Origin: Gammaproteobacteria bacterium
Lineage (GTDB): Bacteria > Pseudomonadota > Gammaproteobacteria > Steroidobacterales > Foliamicaceae
Direction of reading: 5' to 3'
DNA length: 64,000 nt
Assembly (NCBI GenBank): GCA_965213995.1
Contig: OZ243929.1
Span: forward strand, 385,807 to 449,806
This document shows, piece after piece, positions 43,867 through 53,540 of this stretch (the stretch's first letter is position 1; the number at the start of each line of letters is the position of its first letter). The notes beneath the pieces were generated by a model. The model made no database searches. It was not told the DNA's origin and saw only the letters and a program-made list of their open reading frames with translations. The position numbers and the translations under genes were made by a program.

Positions 43867-44841
43867 TTATCCCAACAGCTTGCTGAAGGTGGCGATGTCG
43901 ATATTGGAGCCGCACAGCAGCACGCCCACATGCCTGTTCCTCAACCGCTCGCGCAATGGGCCCAGCGCGGCCGCCGTGGCGGTGGCGCAGGCGGGCTCCA
44001 CCACCATTTTCAGCTCCTGCAAAATAAGCCGCATCGCCGCCCGGATCTCGTCGTCGCTCACTTGGCCGAGGCCATCCATATAGCGTTGCGCCAGCGCAAA
44101 GCTGTACGCGCGCGCGCTGGGCGCCCGCAGGCTGTCGGCAATCGAATCGAGCCGCCGGGCTTGAACCGGCTCGTTGCGCTCAAGGCTTCGGAACATCGAA
44201 TCCGCGCCTAGCGGCTCCGCCCCGAAAACGCTTATTGACGGACGGATGCGCTTTGCGGCGGCGGCAATCCCGGCAACCAGCCCCCCGCCACCCACCGGGA
44301 CCACCAGCGCATCCAGCTCCGGCGCCTGCTCCAGCCATTCCATCCCCAGGTCGCCGGCACCGATGGCGATCGGGCGGCCCTCGAACGGATGCACCAGAAC
44401 CTTGCCTTCCTCCCGCTCGATGCTCTGGACACGCTGGAAGGCATCTGCGGCATTGTCGCTCAACTCCACCTTCGCGCCCCAAGCGCGCACCTGTTCGATT
44501 CGAGCCGGGTTGGCCGGCGAAATAATCACGACATGGGCCGGGGCGCCCATCACGCGCGCCGCCCAGGACACTGCAATGGCGTGGTTGCCGGCGCTCACCG
44601 CGGTCACGCCCCTGTCGAGCTGTTCCTTGGGCAAAGAGAGCATCCAGGCCAGCGCGCCCCTGGCCTTGAACGTGCCGGTCATTTGCAGCAACTCGAACTT
44701 CAGCGATATCCGCAAATCCGGCGCCCGCTTCCCGATTTCCGTGCCGCGCCATTCGTGAACCGGCGTGCGCACTATACGGTCCTTGACCGCTTCCCTGTAG
44801 GCGCGGATATCGCTGAGCGAAGGAGGCTTGTGGACACTCAT
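43867..44841 (-). CDS. PLP-dependent threonine/serine dehydratase (threonine ammonia-lyase-like)
   Basis: LQMTGTFKARGA (PLP Lys), SAGNHAIAVS, VPVGGGGLVAG. Start chosen at MSVHKPPSL (44841). Confidence 0.85.
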   Translation of the reverse strand: MSVHKPPSLSDIRAYREAVKDRIVRTPVHEWRGTEIGKRAPDLRISLKFELLQMTGTFKARGALAWMLSLPKEQLDRGVTAVSAGNHAIAVSWAARVMGAPAHVVIISPANPARIEQVRAWGAKVELSDNAADAFQRVQSIEREEGKVLVHPFEGRPIAIGAGDLGMEWLEQAPELDALVVPVGGGGLVAGIAAAAKRIRPSISVFGAEPLGADSMFRSLERNEPVQARRLDSIADSLRAPSARAYSFALAQRYMDGLGQVSDDEIRAAMRLILQELKMVVEPACATATAAALGPLRERLRNRHVGVLLCGSNIDIATFSKLLG

Positions 44842-44956
44842 TGCGTTGCTCCCCCTGCGGCTTGCACGCCTCCGGCATGGCATCCGCCCAGCCTCCGGGC
44901 GCGAATGCAGTCCGGCAGGGCCGGGCCGCTGCGGCTGGGCCGGCGAGCCGGAAACA

Positions 44957-46222
44957 TCACGCAAACCTTGCCAAGGCGTAGTCGCCCAGCGGCAGATCCG
45001 GCCTTGCGCCGGTCAGATGCTGCGCCAGCGCCTTGCCGGTGCCCGCCGCCATCGACCAACCGAGATGCCCATGCCCGGTGGCCAAGTGCAGGCCTTCCAC
45101 CGGCGTGGGGCCAATGATGGGCACGCCATCCGGGGAGGCTGCCCTCAGCCCGCACCAAGGCCGGATATCAGCGGTCGCGATCCGCTCCGCATGCCGGGGC
45201 AGAACGGCAGCCAGAAGGCGGCGCAAATTGGCCACGCGCGCAGGCGGAAGATCATGGTTGAAGCCGGTGAATTCCACCGTCCCGCCCACCCGGATCCGCC
45301 CCCCAAGCGGAACCACGCCGGCCTTGTAGCGGTCATCCAGAACGGCGTGCCCCAAAGGCCGCAAGCCCCCCGGCATCGGCGCCGTCAGCGAATAGCCCTT
45401 TGCCGGACACACCGGAACCCTGATCCCCGCCGGGCGAGCCAGAGCCGGCGTATAGCTGCCGGCCGCCACCACCACGCGGTCGGCCTGAATCTCCTCCCCG
45501 CCAAGCAAGCGCACGCCGCGCATCCGCCCGCGCGCCGAAAGCAGCGTCTCGACGGTATCGCCGAAGCGCAGCGCAGCGCCGTTTTCCTCAGCCTTTCGCG
45601 CCAAGGCGCAACTGAATTTATGCGCATCCCCCACTTGGTCCGCCCGAAAATAAAATCCGCCGGCCAGTTCCCCGGCAATAGGCTCAAGCGCCGGCTCGCG
45701 CTCCACCACTGCGCCGGGATCCAGCTCCTCGGTCGGCACCTCGGCAGCGCCCAGAAACCGGCTGCGCTCCCGCCCCCTGCTCATCGCCGCCTCGTCGCGG
45801 CACACCTCGATGATTCCGGAATGGTCGGAATCAAAATCCACCAAATCATTGGAAGCTATTTCATCCATTATTTCAATTGAATAATTGCATAACCTCAAAT
45901 TTTTCTTCATATTGAGCTTATGCCTTGCGGGGCTGCTGTCGCACAGGAACCGGTAGCCCCAAGCGAGCAGGCCGGGAAACGCGGACGGCCTCACTAAAAG
46001 CGCGGCCTCCATGCGCCCCAGATACTTCAACAGCGTGCGCCAAACGCCCGGGGAATTCCACGGCGAGGACAAGCTGGGCGTGAGCATGCTCGCGTTGGCG
46101 AAACTGGTCTCAAGCGCCGGCCCCTCGCGCCGCTCCACCACGGTCACGGACGCGCCCGACCGATTAAGAAACCACGCGGCAGTGGCCCCGATCACGCCAC
46201 AACCCACAATCACTACATGCAT
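44957..46222 (-). CDS. dadA: D-amino acid dehydrogenase-like FAD oxidoreductase
   Basis: MHVVIVGCGVIGATAAWFLNRSGASVTVVERREGPALETSFANA... is collinear with E. coli DadA along its length, including the C-terminal ..ATGHGHLGWSMAAGTG. Confidence 0.85.
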   Translation of the reverse strand: MHVVIVGCGVIGATAAWFLNRSGASVTVVERREGPALETSFANASMLTPSLSSPWNSPGVWRTLLKYLGRMEAALLVRPSAFPGLLAWGYRFLCDSSPARHKLNMKKNLRLCNYSIEIMDEIASNDLVDFDSDHSGIIEVCRDEAAMSRGRERSRFLGAAEVPTEELDPGAVVEREPALEPIAGELAGGFYFRADQVGDAHKFSCALARKAEENGAALRFGDTVETLLSARGRMRGVRLLGGEEIQADRVVVAAGSYTPALARPAGIRVPVCPAKGYSLTAPMPGGLRPLGHAVLDDRYKAGVVPLGGRIRVGGTVEFTGFNHDLPPARVANLRRLLAAVLPRHAERIATADIRPWCGLRAASPDGVPIIGPTPVEGLHLATGHGHLGWSMAAGTGKALAQHLTGARPDLPLGDYALARFA

Positions 46223-46497
46223 GAGCGAATCAAAACCGCCTTAATCACCGCCCCGCCGACAAATTGCATGAATCCGGTGCGGTAGCGCAAAACGGAGAAA
46301 TCGATGATGCCGGACGATTTGGTAAACTTTTGGAAAGCGAGAGCGAGGTTTGGGGATTCATGGCACTGAGTCACTCGCGATATGGATCGAGAATGATCAG
46401 ATATTCTAGCGAAAAAAAGTTCGCAACTTATCGCAAATTTCTGCGGCTGCAGATCCGTGAACGGTTAGGATCAGGGCGATTGCTCGACGCGGGCGCC

Positions 46498-47649
46498 ATG
46501 GCGATGAGGGTGCTGATTGCTTGCGTGCTCGTTGGGCACTCAGCAACGGCGCAAGAGCCAAGGGATCTGGCGGACGAATACCGCCGCCTGCCTGCTGAAT
46601 GGCCTGCCTTTATCGTCGATCCAAGCGTGCAGGCCGAGGATATCGGTCCGCTGCCGCCCTTGCCGCCCATTGCTTGGCATACGCCCGTAAGCGAAGCGCT
46701 GGGCAAGCTGCTTTTCTTCGATCCGCGGCTTTCGGGCTCCGGCCAACTGGCATGCGTCAGCTGCCATGATCCGCAGCTGGGCTGGGGCGACGGCAGGCGC
46801 GTGTCTGCGGGGCACGGACGGCGAGCCGGACGGCGCAATGCGATGACCCTCCTCAACGCCGCTTATTTCGAGCGGCTGTTCTGGGACGGGCGCGCGGAAG
46901 GCCTGCTCGACCTGGCGCTTCAACCGATCCGAAGCCCTGACGAAATGAATGCGAATATCGCCGATATCATTGCGCGGCTTGAATCTGTCGGCGGCTATCC
47001 TGAGGCGTTCGAGGCCGCCTTCGGCTCGCCGGACGTTTCCGGGCAGCGAATCGCGCAAGCCATCGCGTCGTTCGTCCGCGCGCTGGTCTCCTCGCCAAGC
47101 CGCTTCGACCGCTTTGCCCGGGGCGAATACGCCCGCCTGAGCGAAAAGGAGATCGAAGGCTTGCACCTGTTCCGCACCCGGGCCGGCTGCATGAACTGCC
47201 ATAGCGGCCCACTTTTCTCCGACGGCGGGTTCCACCACACGGGGCTAAGCTATTACGGAAGGCGGTTCGAAGATCTCGGAAGATTTGAAATCACCGGAAA
47301 TCCCGAGGACCGCGGCAGGTTCCGCACCCCCTCGCTGCGCAATATCCGGCATACTGGGCCGTGGATGCATAACGGGCTGTTCACTAACTTCGAGGGGATT
47401 CTGCGCATGTATAACCAAGGCATCACGTTTGCCGCCCGCCCGCGCCCGGGCGCCCCCAGCTTATCGCCGCTGATCCGTCCGCTGGGTCTGGACAGTGGGG
47501 AACTGGAGGCGCTGGAGGCCTTTCTCGGAGCTTTGGGCCGCAAGCCGCCATTCATGGAGCCGCCTGCGCTGCCGGGCATGGCCCAATCCGCAAACAGCGC
47601 CAAGGCGGCATCCTTCGCCGCCGCCCATGCAGCCGCCACAGGCACGTAA
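46498..47649 (+). CDS. Di-haem cytochrome c peroxidase / MauG-family protein
   Basis: Two CxxCH motifs (CVSCH, CMNCH) and FRTPSLRNIRHTGPWMHNG. Signal peptide from MAMRVLIACVLVGHSATA (start 46498; the longer track ORF is rejected). Confidence 0.85.
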   Translation: MAMRVLIACVLVGHSATAQEPRDLADEYRRLPAEWPAFIVDPSVQAEDIGPLPPLPPIAWHTPVSEALGKLLFFDPRLSGSGQLACVSCHDPQLGWGDGRRVSAGHGRRAGRRNAMTLLNAAYFERLFWDGRAEGLLDLALQPIRSPDEMNANIADIIARLESVGGYPEAFEAAFGSPDVSGQRIAQAIASFVRALVSSPSRFDRFARGEYARLSEKEIEGLHLFRTRAGCMNCHSGPLFSDGGFHHTGLSYYGRRFEDLGRFEITGNPEDRGRFRTPSLRNIRHTGPWMHNGLFTNFEGILRMYNQGITFAARPRPGAPSLSPLIRPLGLDSGELEALEAFLGALGRKPPFMEPPALPGMAQSANSAKAASFAAAHAAATGT

Positions 47650-47660
47650 AGAAACACGCC

Positions 47661-50204
47661 ATGAGCACTTTGAAATCGTCATCCGTTCTGGCAGCCGGCC
47701 TGCTGCTCGCCCCCCTCTCGATTTTTGCCCAGCAGCCCGAATCAGAATCCGATGCCAGCCCGGACGAGGGCGAAGCCGTGGTTGTGCCCATCGACGTGGA
47801 AGCCCCCGAGCTGCGTGTGCAGCAGGGCCGCAGCGAGTACAACGCCGATTTCATCGAGACCATGCCCACCGGCCAAGGCGACTTGGCCGACTTGCTGCGC
47901 ATGAATCCGGCGGTGGAGTTCTCGCGCAGCGCCGACCTGTCCGCAGGCGCGGGAACGCTGCGGCCGGCGGAAATCTCGATTCACGGCCAGTTGTTCTACC
48001 AAAACCTTTTCCTGATCGACGGAGCGGACACCACCAGCGATATCGACCCGGCAGTATCGCCCACGCTCCTGAACCGAAGCCCCGCAGGGGATTTGTTCAG
48101 CGTGCCGAGCCTGGTTCAGCCGGTCGGCGGAAGCTCGCCCCAAGGCTATTACCTCGATGTGGAGCTGCTTGAGAAAGTGGAGGTTTACGACAGCAATATA
48201 CCGGTCGAGTACGGCGGCTTCACGGGCGGCGTTGTAGCCGCCGCGATCAAATCCTACCAAGGGGAGGACACTTTTTCCTGGCATTTCGGAATGCAGCGCG
48301 ATGAATGGGAGGAGTTTCATATCGCCGAGGACGACATCACCGCTAACGACCGCTATAACGGGGTTTACACGCCGGACTACCAAAAATCCAATTTCGGCAT
48401 CAGCCTGCGGCAGGGCTTGGGAGACGATCTTGGACTGACTTTGGGCCTGACCCGGCGCCAGTCCCGGTTTGCCCAGGAATACGAGGACGACACCGACACC
48501 CTGCGGATGGTGGAATACGAGGACCATATCGACAACCTCATGGGCCGGCTGGACACCCGTCTGGGCAATACCGACACGGCTCTCTCCTTTCGATACTCGA
48601 CAAGGCGGCATGACGGCGTCACTTCAACAACGTACACCGGAGGCTTCGAGAAGGAGCACGAAGGCTACGGGCTGACCCTCGATCTGGGCAGGCCGCTGGC
48701 CGCCAGCATGCTGTACCTGAAGCTCTCATTTGACCGGGTGTCTGATTCGCTTGACAGCGAATACAGCTTCTTCACGTTTCATGAATACTTGGAAGGCAGC
48801 GGCGAATCGCGCTATGAGGGAGCGTTCGGAGATGTGGAGCAACGCCAAACCCGCATCGCCCTCAAGCCGAAATGGAGCCTCGATCCTATCAGCCTGGCCG
48901 GACGCGAGCATACCTTCACGGTGGGCGGCGACTACCGCAATACCCGCAGCTACTACGAGCGCCCGGAGGATGTCGTGTTTGAGAGATACGACTGCATCCG
49001 CGACATGGGCCGCGAAGGCTGCCAAGACCAGGACGGCAGCGGAGGCAGCAGCGCCGGCGATGAAATTTTGGGCACGCGCGCCTTTTACTACGCCGGCAAG
49101 GCCAACTTGTCCTACAACGAATGGGCTGCCTACGCCGAGGACCGCATCGACCTTGGCGCATGGCAGATCAACTTGGGCGCGCGGGGCGATTGGGACAGCT
49201 ACCTGGAGAATTTCAATGTATCGCCCAGGTTCAGCTTTGCATGGTCGCCGTTCGAGGACGGAAACGGCGAGCTGACGGCAGGCGCCAGCCGCTATTACGG
49301 CCGGAGCTTCTTTCGCTACCAGCTGAACGATGCGATTTATGGCTGGCGCGAAACCTATCAGAACCTGAGCCGCCCGCGCGGCCGGGCCGGGGAGGAGGTT
49401 CCGTGCTCCGATCCGGACTTTGTTAATTGCCGACACCTTCTCTTCGAGAACCGCAGCGGCGCCTCGGAGCTGGAAACCCCCTACTCCGATGAAATTTCGC
49501 TAGGGTGGCGCCAGAGGATCGGCGCCTTTGAAGGCAAGCTGCAGCTGCTGACCCGGGAAAGCCGCAAGGGCGTTTCGCGGCGGCGCGAAGACGACGGGCT
49601 TTACTACTACAACAACGAAGGCCGCAGTTCCACGCGCAGCGCCACGCTGGAATTGACCAATTCCACGCCGCTCACCCTCGGCTTGACGGAAACGCGTTTC
49701 ACGATGGGCCTAGGGTACCGCGACACTGAAAGCAACCGCTATGACGATGAAAGCTACGACGACGCGCTCGAAACCGACCTGATCTATTACCGGGGCAGCC
49801 TGATTCCGCCGGAAGCGCTGCCGGCCTGGGACTACAACGTGCCGTTGGGCTTCCGGCTGAACTCCGTCACCGAAATCCCGAAATGGGGATTGACCTGGTC
49901 GAATTTCTATATCATCCGCCGCGGCGGAACAGTGGCCCGCGATTCCGGGGAAAACTACCAGAGCCCCGAGACCGGCGCGGCCTACGATGTTTACGAGGAC
50001 TACGAATTCTCCAGCCTGTTCACGATCAATTCGCGGGTCCAATGGAGCCGCATGCTGACCAGTCGATCGGAAGCCTATCTGCGTTTTGAAATCCATAATC
50101 TGCTTGACCGGGTCGTCGATACGGAAACCCGGCGGAACGCGACGAGGCGAAGAAATACTCAGGGAAGGCGTTTCTGGGTGGAAGCGGGAATGCGCTATTT
50201 CTAG
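47661..50204 (+). CDS. TonB-dependent outer-membrane receptor
   Basis: 847 aa with a signal peptide, a plug region, and a C-terminal ...FWVEAGMRYF ending in Phe. Followed by exbB-exbD-exbD-tonB. Confidence 0.9.
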   Translation: MSTLKSSSVLAAGLLLAPLSIFAQQPESESDASPDEGEAVVVPIDVEAPELRVQQGRSEYNADFIETMPTGQGDLADLLRMNPAVEFSRSADLSAGAGTLRPAEISIHGQLFYQNLFLIDGADTTSDIDPAVSPTLLNRSPAGDLFSVPSLVQPVGGSSPQGYYLDVELLEKVEVYDSNIPVEYGGFTGGVVAAAIKSYQGEDTFSWHFGMQRDEWEEFHIAEDDITANDRYNGVYTPDYQKSNFGISLRQGLGDDLGLTLGLTRRQSRFAQEYEDDTDTLRMVEYEDHIDNLMGRLDTRLGNTDTALSFRYSTRRHDGVTSTTYTGGFEKEHEGYGLTLDLGRPLAASMLYLKLSFDRVSDSLDSEYSFFTFHEYLEGSGESRYEGAFGDVEQRQTRIALKPKWSLDPISLAGREHTFTVGGDYRNTRSYYERPEDVVFERYDCIRDMGREGCQDQDGSGGSSAGDEILGTRAFYYAGKANLSYNEWAAYAEDRIDLGAWQINLGARGDWDSYLENFNVSPRFSFAWSPFEDGNGELTAGASRYYGRSFFRYQLNDAIYGWRETYQNLSRPRGRAGEEVPCSDPDFVNCRHLLFENRSGASELETPYSDEISLGWRQRIGAFEGKLQLLTRESRKGVSRRREDDGLYYYNNEGRSSTRSATLELTNSTPLTLGLTETRFTMGLGYRDTESNRYDDESYDDALETDLIYYRGSLIPPEALPAWDYNVPLGFRLNSVTEIPKWGLTWSNFYIIRRGGTVARDSGENYQSPETGAAYDVYEDYEFSSLFTINSRVQWSRMLTSRSEAYLRFEIHNLLDRVVDTETRRNATRRRNTQGRRFWVEAGMRYF

Positions 50205-50270
50205 CCCGCCTAGTGTGCCGAAGGACGTGAAGGCCACGCAGGATTTTTCCCGCCTGCGCGCGCTCGCGAT

Positions 50271-50960
50271 ATGAACGGCGCTGACGGCGCTCTTGCCCGC
50301 GCCGCCGCCCTCCTTGAAGCGGGCGGCCCGGTGGTCTGGCTGCTGCTTGCGATATCCGTGGGCGCGCTGAGCGTGGTGCTGCTCAAAGCATGGCAGTTTT
50401 TGCGGTTGCGGCCGGAGCGCAATGAAGAGCTGCCCAGCGCGCTATCCGCTTGGCGGCAGGGACAGCACGATCAGGCATGGCGCCTGCTCAAGGTCGAACG
50501 CTTCACTTCGGAAATCCTAGTATTGGCCATGCGCCAACTGGCCCGGGGAGCAATGGACTCGGCAACGCTTCGCGAGGAAATCGAGCGTGTCGCGGCGGCC
50601 AAGCTAAGCCGCCTGCGCGCCCAGTTGCCAACGCTGGAAGTGATCGGCACGCTCACTCCCCTGCTGGGATTGCTGGGAACCGTCCTAGGCATGATCGCGG
50701 CCTTCCGGGCGATGGAGGCGGCCGGCAGCCAAGTCGATCCCGCAACGCTCTCCGGAGGGATATGGCAGGCCCTGCTGACCACCGCGATGGGGCTTGCCAT
50801 CGCCATCCCGGTCATGGCGGCCTATAACTGGATGGACCGCAAAACGCAGCGGGTGGCGGAACAGATCAATGATGCCGTCACCCAAATCTTCACGCTCTAC
50901 AACAGCCGGCGGACCCTGGACAGCGCGGATTCCTCCGCAGCGGAAATTCATGCGGCTTGA
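50271..50960 (+). CDS. exbB: ExbB (MotA/TolQ/ExbB proton channel)
   Basis: TPLLGLLGTVLGMIAAF...GIWQALLTTAMGLAIAIPVMAAYNW; three TM helices; ExbD genes lie downstream. Confidence 0.9.
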   Translation: MNGADGALARAAALLEAGGPVVWLLLAISVGALSVVLLKAWQFLRLRPERNEELPSALSAWRQGQHDQAWRLLKVERFTSEILVLAMRQLARGAMDSATLREEIERVAAAKLSRLRAQLPTLEVIGTLTPLLGLLGTVLGMIAAFRAMEAAGSQVDPATLSGGIWQALLTTAMGLAIAIPVMAAYNWMDRKTQRVAEQINDAVTQIFTLYNSRRTLDSADSSAAEIHAA

Positions 50961-51348
50961 TCGACTGGTCGGGCGGCACAGGCGGGCTATAAGCATGGTG
51001 CCGCTAATCGATGTCGTCTTCATCCTTCTTCTTTTCTTCATGCTGTCCACCAGCCTGATCCAGGCGCGCGAGCTGTCGGTCGATTTCCCCGCACCGGAAT
51101 CCGGGCCGTTGGATCCGCAAATCAGCATCATCCGCCTAGAGTCCGAAGACGGCCTTTTTTCGTTAGAGGGGGCGAGCCACCTCTCATCGGACATGGAAGC
51201 GATGCGCCGCCTGGTTGCGCAAAATCCGCAAGCCCACTATGCCATCGACACGGCGCCCGGCGTGAGCACCCAAGCGCTTGTCACGCTTCTGGACCGTCTG
51301 GCTCTGGCCGGCGCGGAAAGCCTTTCGCTGATGGAGGGAAAGCCGTGA
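50950..51348 (+). CDS. exbD: ExbD/TolR biopolymer transport protein, copy 1
   Basis: MRLDRLVGRHRRAISMVPLIDVVFILLLFFML, ~130 aa. Start chosen at 50950 (11-nt overlap with exbB). Confidence 0.85.
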   Translation: MRLDRLVGRHRRAISMVPLIDVVFILLLFFMLSTSLIQARELSVDFPAPESGPLDPQISIIRLESEDGLFSLEGASHLSSDMEAMRRLVAQNPQAHYAIDTAPGVSTQALVTLLDRLALAGAESLSLMEGKP

Positions 51349-51773
51349 ATTTCCACCGCCCGCGCCGCCTCCAAGACCAAGAGAACAGCATGATCCCGCT
51401 CATCAACGTGGTGTTCCTGCTGCTGGCGTTCTTCATGATCCTAGGGCAGATCGAGAGCACGGACGCGGTCAAGCTGGAGCCTCCGCATTCGCTGAGCCGC
51501 AAGGCCCAAGGCGAATATTCAGCGATCTTGCTGGTCACCGCCAACCAATCGCTGCACCTGAATAATCGTCCCCTCAAGGCCGGCCAGCTTGCGGGACAAA
51601 TCCGCCGGCTTCTTGAGCAGGCCGCCAATCCGCAAAGCGTCCGCGTGCTGGTGAAAGCGGACGGCTCGCTGCCCGCCGCCGAACTGCGCCAAGTGCTCGC
51701 TCGCCTGCGCGCCGGCGGCCTGTTGCGGGTTTCGCTGGCCACCAAGGCGAAGATCGGCCCGCCCAACGCATAG
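51345..51773 (+). CDS. exbD: ExbD/TolR biopolymer transport protein, copy 2
   Basis: ...ENSMIPLINVVFLLLAFFMILGQ, 142 aa. 4-nt overlap with copy 1. Confidence 0.85.
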   Translation: MNFHRPRRLQDQENSMIPLINVVFLLLAFFMILGQIESTDAVKLEPPHSLSRKAQGEYSAILLVTANQSLHLNNRPLKAGQLAGQIRRLLEQAANPQSVRVLVKADGSLPAAELRQVLARLRAGGLLRVSLATKAKIGPPNA

Positions 51774-51778
51774 GGCCG

Positions 51779-52597
51779 ATGTTCCCCGAAAGCAAGGCGC
51801 CGCAATGGGCTGCGGCCATTGCGGCGGCGCTCGCTGTCCACAGCCTGCTGTTTCTGGGATACGTGGGAATGGGCGGCGACGGCGCGGCGGGAGAGGGTCT
51901 AGGGGGGATCGAAATCGGCCTCGGCTTGCTCGGAAGCATGGGCGAGGCGACAGTCGATTCCGACGCGGGCGAAATCCATCAACAGATGCCCGAGCCAATA
52001 GCGCAGCCAACATCGCCGGAACCGCAGATGCCAGACCTTCCGCGGCCGCAACTGCCGCAAGCGCAACCTGAGCCGCAACCGGACGCTTTCGCGGCGGAAC
52101 CCGCGCAACAACTCGCTGAAGTGGCGGTGTCCGCCAAAACAAGCGCGCTGGCGGCCGCACCGAGGCGAAACAAGCCGGGAGCGGCGATTGCGGCCAATCC
52201 GCCGTCGGAAGGAGGCGCGGCGGGCGATGCAGCCGTCACGCAAAGGCGCCGGTCGTCAGGAACCGGGGACTCCGGCAGCGGCGGCGGAACGGCAGGGCGC
52301 AGCGCCTCCTACGTGGCGCAACTGACCGTCCGGCTGAACCGCCACAAGCACTACCCCATGGCTGCCCGCCGCGCTAGGCAGGAGGGAACCGTCACGCTCT
52401 TGCTGGCGATCCGGCGCGATGGCTCGGTGGCCGATTTCAGGATCAGCCAAAGTTCCGGATGGGACGCGCTGGACGCAGCCGCATTGCGCATGCTGGAGCG
52501 GGCGCAGCCCTTGCCGCCCTTCCCCGCATCCATGCAGGAAGATGAGTTCCAAGTAGCGCTGCCCGTTTCATTCTCGCTAACCCGCATGTTGCGTTAA
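51779..52597 (+). CDS. tonB: Energy transducer TonB
   Basis: N-terminal TM, a Pro/Glu/Gln-rich spacer (PEPQMPDLPRPQLPQAQPEPQP), and a C-terminal TonB domain (YPMAARRARQEGTVTLLLAIRRDGSVADFRISQSSGWDALDAAALRMLERAQPLPPFP). Confidence 0.85.
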   Translation: MFPESKAPQWAAAIAAALAVHSLLFLGYVGMGGDGAAGEGLGGIEIGLGLLGSMGEATVDSDAGEIHQQMPEPIAQPTSPEPQMPDLPRPQLPQAQPEPQPDAFAAEPAQQLAEVAVSAKTSALAAAPRRNKPGAAIAANPPSEGGAAGDAAVTQRRRSSGTGDSGSGGGTAGRSASYVAQLTVRLNRHKHYPMAARRARQEGTVTLLLAIRRDGSVADFRISQSSGWDALDAAALRMLERAQPLPPFPASMQEDEFQVALPVSFSLTRMLR

Positions 52598-52654
52598 CAA
52601 GACGGGCAAGGCGCTGGCTACCTATCTATCGCTGGCGGCGCATCGGCTGGCGAA

Positions 52655-53377
52655 TCAATCAGCGGCGGCGACGAGCTGCGCGAAACGGGAATACATCCGC
52701 CGGCCCAGTTCCATGGAGCGGGCCATGTGGGTGCGGGTGTCGGCCAGAATCCGCTCCGCGCTGATGCGGCCTTCCCTGCCCAGCCAGCCCCGCGCGGCAT
52801 CCCTCCGCACCCATTCCTCAATCATCGGTTGAAGAATCTCCAGGTGGAACTGGATGGCGTACGCGTTTTCTCCGTAGCGGAATGCCTGGTTGGGGCAATC
52901 AGGCGAAGATGCCAGCAGCACTGCGCCCTCGGGCAGATCAAAAGTATCGCCATGCCACTGCAGCACCACCTCCTGCGCGGCCAGCCCGGAAAACAGGGAG
53001 TCGCGGCTGGCGGCCCCGGTAATCGCCAAGTCGTACCAGCCCACCTCACGCACCGGATTGGCCCGCACCTCGCTGCCGAGCGTCTTGGCCATGATTTGAG
53101 CGCCCAAGCAAACGCCCGCCAGCGGAACTGCCCGCTCCATCGCTTCGGCGCACAGCCGCTCCACCTTCCGGAGATGCGGAAAACGCTCCGTATCGTTGGC
53201 CCCCATGGGGCCGCCCATCACCACCAGGCCGGCATAGCCATCAAGCGCAGGCTGCGCCAAGGGCTCCCGCTGAAAATCGACGATATCGAGCTCCAAGCCC
53301 TGCTCGCGAAGCAGCGGCTCAAGCATGCCCTCTGTTTCATAGCTGACGTTACGAACGACAAGCACGGATTTGATCAC
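52655..53377 (-). CDS. Class I glutamine amidotransferase-like protein (GMP synthase N-domain-like)
   Basis: 240 aa. GLVVMGGPMGAND and the GVCLGAQIMAK nucleophile elbow (Cys). HGD..../..QFH His region. Confidence 0.8.
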   Translation of the reverse strand: MIKSVLVVRNVSYETEGMLEPLLREQGLELDIVDFQREPLAQPALDGYAGLVVMGGPMGANDTERFPHLRKVERLCAEAMERAVPLAGVCLGAQIMAKTLGSEVRANPVREVGWYDLAITGAASRDSLFSGLAAQEVVLQWHGDTFDLPEGAVLLASSPDCPNQAFRYGENAYAIQFHLEILQPMIEEWVRRDAARGWLGREGRISAERILADTRTHMARSMELGRRMYSRFAQLVAAAD

Positions 53378-53540
53378 GGCGGAATGCTCCTAGAGGGACC
53401 GCATTGTACTTGCGGCAATGCGGTAGCTGCCGCGACATTTTCAACGCCACCGTCCGTCGAGACGGTTGCGAGGGCGCGAGGCACGCTATGCGTTTAGCTA
53501 AACCCGGCAAGCGGCCCCGGCGAGGCCGATTGCTGCTTGC

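Noticed and set aside
45845-45925. Sharply A/T-rich ~80-nt patch inside the dadA-like gene, containing a TTGCAT-N17-CATATT promoter-like pair on the plus strand
   Set aside because: The patch is in frame and encodes a segment collinear with E. coli DadA (..NMKKNLRLCNYSIEIMDEI..). The nearest plus-strand gene start is ~590 nt away, and there is no independent evidence for an internal promoter.
46389-46408. Fur-box-like sequence GAGAATGATCAGATATTC upstream of the peroxidase/TonB cluster
   Set aside because: Only about half of the positions match the 19-bp Fur consensus as I remember it (GATAATGATAATCATTATC). The short AGAAT/ATTCT inverted repeat could arise by chance in this A/T-richer spacer.
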